From: Octopus sinensis
Taxonomy: Eukaryota
Assembly (NCBI RefSeq): GCF_006345805.1
Contig: NC_043002.1
Span: 38,812,001-38,876,000, forward strand
Direction of reading: 5' to 3'
DNA length: 64,000 nucleotides
In this document: positions 13,649-26,299 of the stretch, piece after piece
How positions within the stretch are numbered: the stretch's first letter is position 1
Layout of the letters: the number at the start of each line of letters is the position of its first letter
The notes under the pieces: model-generated
Databases searched by the model: none
What the model was told of the DNA's origin: nothing
Seen by the model: the letters and a program-made list of their open reading frames with translations, nothing else
Program-made: the position numbers and the translations under genes

Positions 13649-14310
13649 TCACCTCGGCGCTGTTTGAACGGCGAGTACAAAGAGCTGAATCGATTTTCTG
13701 TACTCCCGTTGTCAAATGTATTCTATTTTAGAGAACGCTACTCGCTGTTTCCCTACAACGGCGGTGATCACTGTAAAATTCTCCATTCCTCATACATCTC
13801 GTATGGTTTTCATATTCGTTCAGAATCATTTCACTTGCTTGTATATGTAAATTAAATGTAAGCCATTTATCTAACAACGTCTTGCTGCTTCTTTCATCCA
13901 CCCTTAAAAAAAATGAAGCCGTTTATCTGCATCAGGAATCAGGATTGTTCTTTCGTTTAATTTCCTTTATATCTACATTTATTAATATACATAGTAGCTG
14001 ATCGGCGTAATAGCAAGTCCGTTGGTGTTAGCATATATATGTAATACATGTGCATCTGTGTGTGTGCGTGTGTATGTGTGTGAATGTGTGTATGAAAGAG
14101 AGTGAGCGCGTGTAAGTGAGCAAGCACGTACGTACGTGCATGTGTGTGTGTGTGTGATCGATGTACAAATTTTAATAAGTGTAATTTATTTTCATTTATT
14201 CGAAGCCACAGTGGCTTTCGTCTGCCACTACTCTGAATCATTTGTTTTCATCACGTTCCTTTCAGTCTCACAGATAGACACACACACACAGACTGACAAA
14301 CAGATAGATA

Positions 14311-16093
14311 ACTTTCTTTTATTAGCCACACAGGGCTGAATACAGAGGGGACAAATACAAATGCAGAGCTTTTCTTTTCGAGGGTGGAAAAAAAGAAAAT
14401 AAATGTAAGATTGCGATCAAAAGGGATCGAGAGGAGGAAAAAAAAAGGAAAAAAAGGAAATCGTGTATCACAGAAATAATGATATAAACATTGATATAAC
14501 AAGATTGGGTTCATCCGTGGGAAGAAAAGCCTACAGAAAAGACCACGGGAACCTCAGTCAGGGAGGAAATAACCACATGAGATCAAAATGCTCTCTTTCT
14601 TTCTTTTTTACGATCTACAGGATCATGCTCAAAATGGTTTCGTTACTAGCACGCACCATCTTTGCAACATTCACCCATCTTTTTTTGAATCTTTCGCGAG
14701 ACAAAACTTCCCTCTCCATTCTCACCTTCCTTTTCAAGTGGTACTTGAAAAAGTTGATGAGCGATTGGCCAGAGAGGTAAGTGTTTGTCTCTAATCCTTT
14801 CGCTCGAGTCCACCACACACATTCTTTCACATGGCCACCAGTACGATGAAAGCTGCCTTGCCTTCCCGGTTGAGGGAAGGGGGCGGAGCAATTCTCACGA
14901 TAGACTCGGCCGATAGGCGGATTCGTCCCACACGTGACAGCAGCCGTTCGGCATAAGCCCACAGGTCGGAAATGGTTGGACATTGCACGAGTGCGTGCAG
15001 AACGGTTTCGTCGCTCTGACCGCATCTCGGGCAAGTCGGTCCAGTGTGTCTGGAACCGTGTCTGTAGAGCTTATCCCGAACAGGTAATGCTTCTCGATAG
15101 CACTGCCAGGCCAGGGATCTTTGGTGATTGTTCATAGGTCCCGGCTCGAAAGTTGTCCTGAACAGGCGGGTCAGGTGTTCCTCGTCGACGCCCAGACTCT
15201 GCCCGAGTTCGTCGTCGCACCTCCCCTCCACTAATCCTCTATAGAATGCCTTTGTTGTGATGGAGTCGCACAAGTTCGATCCCGGACGGCAGAGTTGCTT
15301 GAGAGCAACGCGACACTCGCGGTGCCATTCGCCTAGCCTCGGTCTCTGCTTGATCCATGACTGTAATTCGTCCAAAGAGACGAGCTGCGGGAAAGCGCGC
15401 CGCACAAAAGGCGACCACACCTGTTCACCGTTGTCTATGAAGTGCCGGAGATGTCGCAGTCTCAGCGCATGTCTGCGCATCATCAACCACGGCATGCCCA
15501 GCCCTCCATTTAGCGGGTGTTGACAGCAAATGGATCGCCTAACCATCGGAACGTTTCCCTTCCACAAGAAGCGGAAGAGTATACGTTCCAGTTTGGTGAT
15601 GGTAGGGTCGGGACAAGGCACGACGGTCAGACGATACTCGATGACGGATGCGATGTACGCGTTCGCCACCTCCGCCCGACCTTTTAGGGATAGCTTTCTC
15701 TCAGTCCATTTCTGGGTGAGAGTAGCCACCCTAGTCGTTATCTCGCCCCAGTTCTTCTCCATTTGGAGGTCCGGACCGAACCAGACCCCGAGCAATTTAA
15801 CCAGTCCGTCCGTCCAGCGTCCCACGATGGAGACGCTGTTGGACGGCATGGGTTTGCTTCTCCAGGTGCCGAGCCGCAAGCCCACTGACTTTTCCCGGTT
15901 AATTTTTGCTCCCGTTACCGCTTCGTATTCTTTTAGTGTCCCGCCGACCAGCTCGATGTGCTCGTAGCTCGACACTATGACGGTGACGTCATCCGCGTAT
16001 GCAGACACGCTCCTCCCGCATCCCAGCTCTCGTGGGATGCCCCTCAGCGTCGCCAGTTTTCGCAGTAGTGGCTCAAGAGTCAGTACATACAGC

Positions 16094-16094
<1 letters not shown>
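14311..16094 (-). mobile_element. 5'-truncated Tx1/L1-clade LINE
   Basis: RT ORF, 3' UTR ending aataaaagaaag, flanked by (ATAG)n. Confidence 0.9.
14615..16094 (-). pseudogene. Tx1/L1 ORF2 reverse transcriptase C-half with zinc knuckle; one frameshift near 14830
   Basis: AYADD catalytic motif, KINREKS, LSLKGR, GGLG and CPRC...HALVQC; continues in the 14615 ORF (KECVWWTR...). Confidence 0.9.
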
Positions 16095-16185
<91 letters not shown>

Positions 16186-16235
16186 GGATGGATGGATGGA
16201 TGGATTGATGGATGGATGGATGGATGGATGGATAG
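16095..16235. repeat. (ATAG)n(ATGG)n microsatellite
   Basis: Direct sequence. Confidence 0.95.
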
Positions 16236-16564
16236 AAGTCTTACATGTTTGTACATATGCTCGGGAGGTTATTTTGTCAGCATGTGCATATAAATGAGCG
16301 TGAACATTATTTTATTTTTAATGCACGTCGTCATATGTCAGGTGAGTGTCATTCATATTTATTGCAGTATCTCAATGATGGCTGACATAGCTACAGTATC
16401 GGTCTACGAGACTTTCAAGGAAAAACATATTCAAACGTTTGTTGTTGCATGCCATTTTGTACGGCTCTGGATGAGAATTAAAAAAAAAAGAAAGCCAATG
16501 AAACATTTGATTGTAAAGTTTTCTTGCAGCTTTCAACAGAATGCTGCAGCTGCCTTGTGCAAAT

Positions 16565-17030
16565 ACTGATTTCAAATTTTTGCACAAGGTCAGCATGTTT
16601 GGGGGGGCGCAGGCTAATCGATGTATTTCATCGATCCCAGTGTTTAACCGATACTTGCTTTGTCGACTTCGAAAAGACGAACGGCAAAGTCGACCTCAGC
16701 GGAATTTGAACTCAGAATGTAAAAACGGACTAAATGCTACTAAGCATTTTGTGCGGCATGCTAACGATTCGGTCAGTTCGCCGCATTACATTCACTTTTA
16801 AATAGCGGTTTCAAATTTTCGCACAAGGCCAGCAATTTCTGGGGTGTGGGCGCAGGTAAATCGATTACATCGACCCCAGCACTCAACTAGTAAATAATCA
16901 TATCGACCCCGAAATGATAAAAGGTAAAGTCGACCTCGGCGAAATTTGAAATCAATATATAATGACGGACGAAATGTCGCTAAACATTTTCCCCCTGGCG
17001 TGCTAACAAATCTGCCAGTTCGTTGCCTTA
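16565..17030 (-). mobile_element. two adjacent decayed SINE family B copies (Nin/Deu-domain-like)
   Basis: Similar to the family B body gcctttcatcctttcggggtcgataaattaagtacc. Confidence 0.75.
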
Positions 17031-17470
17031 CATTCACTTCCAAATAGTAAAATGTGATACTCTTGCGTTGGCGTGATTTAGTGCATGTTAAGTGGCTTGT
17101 TCATGGAAGTTGTATCGTGCCTTCCTGGTAACAGTAGTTCAGACCCTTTCTATCAGCAGATTCCACTGTATTTAATTCAAATAATTCTCGTATTTTCGTC
17201 TTGCATAGGGTATTATGTCATTTGAATTCAGACTTTATTACAATATTTTAAATCAATCTTCATTATCTCTTACATTAAATGACAAAATATATGAACATCG
17301 TGATGTAATTTACATAAATAAATTGTTAGATAACACTTAATTTTTATCTTCAACACAGATAAATGACCACTAGAAGTAGACTACCAATTAAAATGGACAG
17401 TCTAAATGTTTGCTGTATTTGAAAAGCTGTTATTTTTTTTCATTTCAGTAATTTTCCTTCTTCCTCTTTT

Positions 17471-17532
<62 letters not shown>

Positions 17533-17554
17533 CATAATAATAATAATAATAATA

Positions 17555-17768
17555 ATCCTTTATACTAAAGGCACTAGACTTGAAATTTTGGGGGAGGGGA
17601 CTAGTCGATTACATCGACCCTAGTGCCTCACTGGTACTTGATTTATCGATCTCGAAAGAATGAAAGGCAAAGTCGTCCTCGGTGGAATCTGAACTCAGAA
17701 CGTAGCAACGGACGAAGTGCCGCTAAACATTTCGCCCAGCATGCTAACGATTTAACCATCTCACCACC

Positions 17769-17770
<2 letters not shown>
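17555..17770 (-). mobile_element. SINE family B flanked by (AAT)n and (TTA)n(GAA)n
   Basis: Family B body motifs. Confidence 0.8.
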
Positions 17771-17811
<41 letters not shown>

Positions 17812-18120
17812 GAAGAAGAAGAAGAAGAAGAAGAAGAAGAAGAAGAAGAAGAAGAAGAAGAAGAAGAAGAAGAAGAAGAAGAAGAAGAAGAAGAAGAAGA
17901 AGAAGAAGAAGAAGAAGAAGAAGAAGATGCGATTACGATAGATATTTTATTGGTTTGAACAATATTTCGACAACTTGCTTTTCTTTGTCTAGTTCAAAAT
18001 GAAAAGTGATCATAGCAATTCAAAAGTATAGAAATTCCAATTCAAAAGGTTGAACGAGGGCAACCTGCGTTCCAACGATGACAGAATGACAGCATCAGTC
18101 TTCAATTATTAAGCTTACAA

Positions 18121-18615
18121 CTGGCAAAAAGAAAAACACTAAAACTAATTCTCACTGGAGCAAAAAGACACAAAGAAACCCCCAACCCAACTGTCCCAAA
18201 ATGCAGAAGAACAAACTGCGGCACTTGCCTTTACCTAAATGAGGGATCAAAATTTAAATTCAAAGATAGCCAAACCTTCAAAATCAAGTCCAACCTCACC
18301 TGCAACACGGAAAACCTTATCTATGTAATCACATGCAATGGTTGCCAACATAATTACATAGGTGAGGCAGGTGTATCGTTACGCAACAGAATGATGACCC
18401 ATTACCAACAGATCCGAGACAAAAGTAAAACGAAAATTCCTTTAAGCAGCCACATTGCAGCCTGTGCAGGAACGGTCTTACCTAATTTCAAAATATTTCC
18501 CCTCTGCAAGTTCTCAGATTCCTTCAATCAACAACAAAGACTGAATAAAGAAAGACAATTTATCAACAAATATAAACCACAATTAAAAATAGACCCAACC
18601 ACAACTGATATATAA
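18121..18615 (+). pseudogene. Penelope-like element GIY-YIG endonuclease fragment
   Basis: Open frame CRRTNCGTC...LTCNTENLIYVITCNGCQHNYIGEAGVSLRNRMMTH...HIAAC...RLNKERQFINKYKPQL. Confidence 0.85.
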
Positions 18616-18623
18616 GAACAGAC

Positions 18624-18840
18624 AAGGCGGTGAACTAGTAGAAAAGTTAACACGCTGGGCGAAATGCTTAGCGATATTTCGTCGTCTTTACGTTCTGAGT
18701 TCAAATTCCACAGAGGTCGACTTGGCCTTTCATCCTTTCGGGGTCGATAAATTAAGTACGAATTGCGTACTGGAGTCGAGCTAATCAACTGGCCCCTTCC
18801 CCAAAAGTATTGGGCCTTCTGCCTAGAGTAGAAAAGAATA
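18624..18840 (+). mobile_element. SINE family B
   Basis: B-box-like gagttcaaattcc; gcctttcatcctttcggggtcgataaattaagtac core. Confidence 0.85.
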
Positions 18841-19153
18841 TATAAGAAGAAACACTTATAAACAATTTTATACATATCATTTTTAAAAAATACTTCCCAT
18901 AATCTTCCAAATCTTTTTTCAATATGCATATATGCCAGCACAATAACAAAAACACACACATATACACTCACATACACACAGATGGTGACCACACACATAC
19001 ACACAGATGAAGATACTCAAAATAATACATCTAACACAAAGAAAAATCCTAATTTTGTGGTCAACAAGAGAAATTCTTCACAGCATACTCACAGCTGGTC
19101 ATTTTTCAAAACATATTGAAACTGCATTCAACACAGACAGACAGACAGACAGA

Positions 19154-19204
<51 letters not shown>

Positions 19205-19633
19205 CACACACACACACACACACAAAGACACACACACACACACAGGTGGACATAAAACTTATTCAACAAATGCTTTTTAACCACTCCGTTGACAGGAACA
19301 CACAAAGATTTCTTTTAGACAGTAGATACCCTTTCACTCTCTAACACTTCGGATTCTACACCAAACTATATTTAAAAAATACTTCAACGAAAAATTTCCA
19401 GAGATGTTCTCGACCACCAGACATAAGATAGACTGTTTTTACTTCAAATTATTCAAATTTTTATAAATTTTTACCAATATTTAATAAGATAAAATACATC
19501 GAAACCGATAATATTAATATTTTTATTTATATAATCTTTTATTAAATTCCCTCTTAAACTGAAATGTCTTAGACTAAATTCTGTACTATTTCTACTTCCA
19601 TCTTTATACATACATACATACATATATATATAT

Positions 19634-19674
<41 letters not shown>

Positions 19675-19723
19675 TATACATATATATATATACATATATA
19701 TATACATACATATATATATATAC

Positions 19724-19781
<58 letters not shown>

Positions 19782-19879
19782 ATACATATATATATATATA
19801 CATACATATATATATATTATGTATATATGTATATATATATATATACACACGCACGCACACACACACACACACATAGATA

Positions 19880-20040
19880 TGGAGTGGCTGTGAGGTAAAT
19901 AGCTTGCTTACCAACCACATGGTTCTGGGTTCGGTCCCACTGTGCGGCACCTTGGGCAAGTATCTTCTACTATAGCCTCGGGCCGACCAAAGTCTTGCGA
20001 GTGGATTTGGTTGACGTAAATTGAAAGCCCGTCGTGTATG

Positions 20041-20088
<48 letters not shown>

Positions 20089-20102
20089 CATACATACATA
20101 CA

Positions 20103-20133
<31 letters not shown>

Positions 20134-20343
20134 GTATATATATGTATGTGTGTGTGTGCGTATGTGTGTACGTTTGTGTGTCTGTGTTTGTCTCCCCACC
20201 ATCGTTTGACAACCGATGCTGGTGTGCCTACGTCCTCGTACTAGGCTTACAAAGAATAAGTTCTGGGGGCGATTTGTTCGACTAAAGGCGGTGCTCCAGC
20301 ATGGCCACAGCCAAATGACTAAAACAAGTAAAAAATAAAAGAA
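19880..20343 (+). mobile_element. SINE family A
   Basis: Matches 8992-9395, with an internal deletion. Confidence 0.85.
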
Positions 20344-20377
20344 TATATATGTTTTGCAAACAACTTGCACATGCAAA

Positions 20378-20596
20378 TGCTACCAGTCGAGAACTTCGTA
20401 TACCGGAAGTCAGCAAGTGTATGGGGTCACCAGGAGAGAATGAGCGCCGTTTCGGGCCCTACCTCTCGACAGCATCAATGCGCACCGGGCCCTCACTGAT
20501 ATGAGGCCCCGCTTGCTTGATCAACTGGTTATTAAATAAAGTTCAATGCTCTTCTAGCCATTGCTGATCGTCTCTTTTTAACCGAATCCAGTGGCA
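20378..20596 (+). mobile_element. possible solo LTR
   Basis: TG...CA ends with imperfect terminal inverted tgctac/gtggca and internal AATAAA; no TSD seen. Confidence 0.3.
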
Positions 20597-20627
20597 AGCC
20601 TTTTTCACTGTAGTTTGGATATCGGTC

Positions 20628-20694
<67 letters not shown>

Positions 20695-21952
20695 TCGTCA
20701 GAGACACTTAGCTCGTTACTCTACTGTTTCATTATAGATTTCTGCTCATAGATCTTGAATTCAGTTCTACCCAGTAACAAAGTTTAGTTACGTTTGTATT
20801 TTTTATGCTTTGAATGGTTTTAAATATTGGACCGCAGACATTCTGGGACAACACTTTCGGAGGTTATAATCAGTTGCATTAACACAAGTACTTTGCCTGC
20901 TAATTATTTTCACTCACTGTCTTAGGAGATATTCAAAACCGGATAATAATGATTGCTCGCTGTATGTATTTAGTTCTGGTCGAGCAGCTCTTTTATAAGT
21001 AGCGCTGCAACTATCAAAAAATAAGACCATATTGGAATTTTAGAATCCTCTAGATCAACATTATCCAACGTGATCTTTCCGTCTTCAAAATGCCTACGTA
21101 GGATTTGAAGAAAATCTAGCTGCTGTTTCGAGGAGATGTAGCGATTGCATAGAAGCTGCTTGCTTGGTTGTAGCCACATAAACAGCAAAAACTTTGATGG
21201 TTGGGTGTGAACCACTGATGCTTTAACCTCTACAAATCACTCCCTTGCAACTCTGCGACGAAAACTAAAATGTCCACCTGTATCGCATGACGTTTGTTTG
21301 TTTAAAAGCTGTTAAATAATGTCCACCAATATTGAGCTGCATTATATTATGTCACGTGAATTCTATTGAGACTCACGTGAACAATGGAAAAACCTATTGT
21401 TATTAGATTCTACCTGCAGCCATTTTTTCGTTTTCTATTGATTTGCTGTTCGTGTTTAGGTTTCTTAAAATCTATCCTGAACGATTTACGTCGGTCATCC
21501 AATGCTATTGCCTCTAGATAATAAATAGTGGCAATAGTAATTTAATCTGTGGAGATGAGAGGCGGTGACAATTGCAGCTATAAGAGCTGATTGTGGTTAA
21601 AAGGAGTTCTGCCGCTGGCGAAATGCTATTAAATGACAACAAGTGTTTATTTGTCATTGTTTCTAGTCGAAATAAAATCCCGCTTAGAATATATTTGAAG
21701 AGAAATTTCTGATTTGTCTCCTGTTAAATTTCCTTATTGAAATATTTTCAAACTATCCATACGTTTTCATCAAATACATTTACCTCAGTCATCTGGCACA
21801 CTTGCCTTTCAACCTTTGCTATTCTTTCGTCTATGTACGCTATTACTGTTGAAGCTGTCTTCCCCTTACAGCCTATCTCTTTTCCATTCATAAACCAGAA
21901 ATGCTAACACTTTCTTGATATCTCTATTGTTCATAGATATTGCCTTACATAT

Positions 21953-22985
21953 ACAGGATGTCCATAAAGTCTTTAGACAATTTCAAAAAGTCATTACGAA
22001 AACCTTAGAAAATGTGGCAACTACATTTTTTTTTTGCATATTAATATGTTATTATTAAAGATTTTTAATAATATCAATAGTTTTATGAACGTCATGATGT
22101 TATATTTCCGACCACAATTAATGTTATTTTGTGTTTCAGACAGTGAGTGCTCCACATGGAAAGGCACAATTTGTGGTCTTGGTTTAACAGAACAATGTCA
22201 GATATTCAAACACAAAGAAATTACACAGCTTGTCCATGTTTACATGGACAAGCTCAGGCACATTAATTGGTTCATATCTGGCATAAGCAATTTATGGAAA
22301 CGGTGATGGTGCTACATAAACAGGAGACTGGAAGGCCAAGAACATCTGAAGAAGATATTGAGCGTATCCGTCAGTCATTTCAACGTTCCCCATCTAAGTC
22401 CACCCGTACTACTTCCGCTCAGATGCAATTACCGATATCATCAATTCATAAAGTGCTGCATAAGAATCTGAGGTTTTATGCATATAAAATTCAGTTATTA
22501 GACACAATTAAGTTAAACGACAAACCGCAACGAAAAGAATTTGCTATTGCAATCCTGCAAAAAATCGAAGAAGATAACCTCTTTAATCACGTTCACTTTC
22601 CCGATTAGGTAACCTTCCGTATGTCTGGAAAGCATAGCAAATATAGTGCAAAATTTGGAAATCGGGAAATCCCCACATTACTGAGGAAATCGAACGCGAT
22701 AGTTGGAGGTCAATGTGTGGTGCGGGATTTTATGCAACAAAGTTATTGGTCAGTTCTTCCCATCGGAAACGACAATAACAGGTGATACTTACCTTGGTAT
22801 TCTAAATGCATACTTTGTGCCACAACTAGATTTCCATCCAAATGTCATCCTTCAACAAGATGGAGCATCGCTTCATCGGGAAATAAACGTATGCGGATTT
22901 TTAAATGAAAGGTTTCCAGATCACTGGAAGAAAAGGTGGCCTCATTCCTTTCCCCTCCCCAGATATAACAACCATGGACTTATGC
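21953..22985 (+). mobile_element. decayed Tc1/mariner transposon
   Basis: TA-caggatgtccataaagtc TIR-like start; frameshifted transposase GRPRTSEE..SPSKSTR, VNVWCG, QQDGA..H. Confidence 0.85.
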
Positions 22986-23189
22986 CGCCCCACCCACCAC
23001 CGTAAAATTAGTGGCTCAGCAAAAGAGGATGATAGAATAAGTACCATGGTTAAAAAGTAAATACTGAGGTTGATTTGTTCGATTAAAACCCTTCAAGTCG
23101 ATGCTCCAGCTTGACCGCAATTCAGTGGCTGAAACAAGTAAAAGATGAAAGATAAAGCACTGAAAAGGACAGTCAATATATAAAAGGAT

Positions 23190-23630
23190 AAAGGCGGTAA
23201 ACTGGCAGAATCGTTAGCAGGCGGAGCGAAATGCTTAGCGGTATTTCGTCTGTCTTTACGTTCTGAGTTCAAATTCCGCCGAGGTCGACTTTTCCTTTCA
23301 TCCTTTCGGGGTCGATAAATTAAGTACCAGTTGCGCACTAGGGTCGATGTAATCGACTTAATCCCTTTGTCTGCCCTTGTTCGTTCCCTCTGTTTAATCC
23401 CTTGTGGGCAATAAAGAAATAAGAATCGTTAGCAGGCCGGGCACAGGGCTTAGCGACATTTCGTCTGTCTTGGCGTTCTGAGTTCAAATTCAGCCGAAGT
23501 TGACTTCGCTTTTCATTCTCTCGAGGTCGATGAAATAAGTACCAGTTGAATATTTGGGGAGATGTAATCGATATTTCCCCTCCACCGAAATTGAAGTTGG
23601 TGGCCTTGCGTCAAATTTTGAAACCAATAT
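23190..23630 (+). mobile_element. tandem SINE family B copies, first with Tx1-like tail
   Basis: Two family B bodies; tail cccttgtgggcaataaagaaataag at ~23398-23424. Confidence 0.85.
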
Positions 23631-23699
23631 ATAAAAGGAAGAAAATAAAAAGTGACACGGTTCTTACTTGCAGAACAATAATATCAACATTTTAAAGTC

Positions 23700-24370
23700 A
23701 GTGAGTGAAATGTTGAGCAAGAGCAGAAAACAGATTCAGTGTTATCGAACATAAAAGCAAGAACGTACATGTAAATAGAACTGAATTACTTCAAGACTGG
23801 AAAAGCTATTTCGAATAAAATCTTAACACTAAATTCCAACGCAAACCGGAAGCAATATCAGATATGCAGGATGATCCTTCAGAATGCATACTAATGCAAA
23901 ATTAGAAAAAGGAAATGCAGAAAAGTAACAAAATGCTTAAAAGGCCGTGAAACCCTTCATACAGTTGTTATAGACAACAGAGGAACACAGGTTTTATATG
24001 TTATAGGTAATATTGAACATAGTACGAAAAACAGAAAATACACCGAATGACTTAAACCGCTTGATAATAGCACCAATTAATGAACGAGGTGACATGCAAA
24101 TATCGAAAACTCCAGAGCGATTTATTCCTGGGGAAATATGTTCAGTAAAAATTTTCACAATAGAATTCAAAAGAAAATCGAAGAACCGACATGAGAAAGT
24201 GATTATAGATTTAGACTTACGAGATGTACCGTTGGTGCAATTTTATAAAGTCGGAAAGCTTGTTGACAGGCTGACAAAAAGGAACATCAAATATTCTTGC
24301 ACTTGAACTTCATCGATAAGCGACTGGCTTCGACACGACTTGGAGCAAGGCTTTTAGGAAGTGATGACAG
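23700..24370 (+). pseudogene. highly decayed LINE RT fragment
   Basis: Residual similarity (IIAPINERGD; NFID..AFDT-like near 24305-24340). Confidence 0.35.
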
Positions 24371-24514
24371 TAATGTATGTATGTATGTATGTATGTATGT
24401 ATGTATGTATGTATGTATGTATGTATGTAGTATGTATGTATGTATGTATGTATGTATGTATGTAGGTAGGTAGGTAAGTAGGTATGTTTGTATTTATGTG
24501 TGTATCTTTTATCG

Positions 24515-24882
24515 CTTGTCTTTTACTTGTTTCAATTATTTTTGACTTCAGCCACGCTGGGACACCACCTTAAAGGGGTTTAGTCGAACAAATCGACCCA
24601 GGACATAGTTTTTAAAGCCTTGTACTTATTCTTCCGCTCTCTTTTGCTGAACGGCTATGTTACGGGGACGTAAACACACCAACAGAGGTTGTCAAGCGGT
24701 GGGTGGGGACAAACACGAGCACAAAGACGCTCACATTAAGAAGCTTGCTTCCCAACCACATGGTTCTGCGTTCAGTCCCACAGCGTAGCAAGTTGGGCAA
24801 GTATCTTCTACTATAGCCTCGGGCTGACCAAAGCCTTGTGCGTAGATTTGGTAGACGGAAACTGAGAGAAGCCCGCCGTGTG

Positions 24883-24940
<58 letters not shown>

Positions 24941-25145
24941 TGTATGTGTGTGTGTGTGTGTGTTCCCACACCATTGCTTGACAACCGATGTTAGTGTATC
25001 TACGTCCCTGTAACTTAGCGGTCTGGCAAAATAGACCGATGCAATAAGTACTAGACCTACAGTGAATAATTTCTGGGGTCGATATATTCATCTAATGGTG
25101 GTGCTCCAACATGGCCGCAGTCAAATGACAGAAACAAGTAAGAAT
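24515..25145. mobile_element. fused inverted pair of SINE family A copies
   Basis: Minus-strand 3' half (24515-24730) abuts a plus-strand copy (24740-25145). Confidence 0.75.
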
Positions 25146-25222
25146 ATATATATATATATATACGACGGTCTTCTTTTCAGTTTCCGTCTATGTATCCATA
25201 TGTATACATGTATGTATGTATG

Positions 25223-25258
<36 letters not shown>

Positions 25259-25262
25259 ATAT

Positions 25263-25954
25263 AGAAATATTAAAATTACTAAGTCTCTCTAAAGGATATT
25301 ACGGCAGCGTTACTGGATATTAATAGTTATCGCCATACTAATATGGCAGTCTAAATATAAGACTAAAGCTGTCGCTGATTAGCTCCAAGAGGCCATCGCC
25401 TCTAGCTAGCTATATGACACACGAACCTGCGTCCATTACAACCTTCGAACAGGGGAGGTCAGCCGCTTCACCTTGTCTGACTAGCGACAGCTTTAGTCTT
25501 ATATTTAGACTGTCATATTAGTATGGCGATAACTATTAATATCCAGTAACGCTGCCGTAATCTCTTTAGAGAGACTTAGTAATTTTAATATTTCAATTAT
25601 TGAAAACAAGTGCATGTATTCCACTGTAACTACGTAAATAAAATCTTCGAACAGACGGTCAGTAGCGACACCTGCTGGTTCTGACTACGCTGCATTGATA
25701 AAGGGCAACAACCCTGAAACATGTCTGCAGATGTCTGACTAGCAAGGTGAAGCGGCTGACCTCCCCTGTTCGAAGGTTTTAATTGACGCAGGTTCGTGTG
25801 TCATATAGCTAGCTAGAGGCGATGGCCTCTTGGAGCTAATCAGCGACAGCTTTAGTCTTATATTTAGACTGCCATATTAGTATGGCGATAACTATTAATA
25901 TCCAGTAACGCTGCCGTAAACTCCTTTAGAGAGACTTAGTAATTTTAATATTTC

Positions 25955-25955
<1 letters not shown>
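25263..25955 (+). mobile_element. ~359-bp-unit hammerhead element with inverted 5' copy (retrozyme / Penelope pLTR-like)
   Basis: Direct repeat 25483-25594 / 25842-25954; inverted copy 25263-25475 vs 25743-25955. Confidence 0.75.
25690..25730 (+). ncRNA. minimal hammerhead ribozyme, U3:A8 core variant
   Basis: ctgca|ttgataa|aggg-caacaa-ccct|gaaac-at-gtc|tgcag. Confidence 0.7.
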
Positions 25956-25995
<40 letters not shown>

Positions 25996-26151
25996 CATAC
26001 ATACATAATACATGTATACATATGGATACATAGACGGAAACTGAAAAGAAGACCGTCGTATATATATATATATATATATTCTTACTTGTTTCTGTCATTT
26101 GACTGCGGCCATGTTGGAGCACCACCATTAGCGATAACTATTAATATATAT

Positions 26152-26194
<43 letters not shown>

Positions 26195-26299
26195 CTATGT
26201 ATGTATGTACGTATGTATGTATGTATTTATTTATGTATGTGTCTTCTTTTTCCTTTTTCTTTCTAAGTTAGAGTAAATTTTTACCGGTCACCTACTCGG

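Noticed and set aside
14934-15967. Plus-strand ORFs overlapping the Tx1 RT
   Set aside because: Antisense shadows of a GC-rich coding frame
20440-20510. gggccc...gggccc-gaaac fold on the minus strand
   Set aside because: No valid core box or NUH triplet
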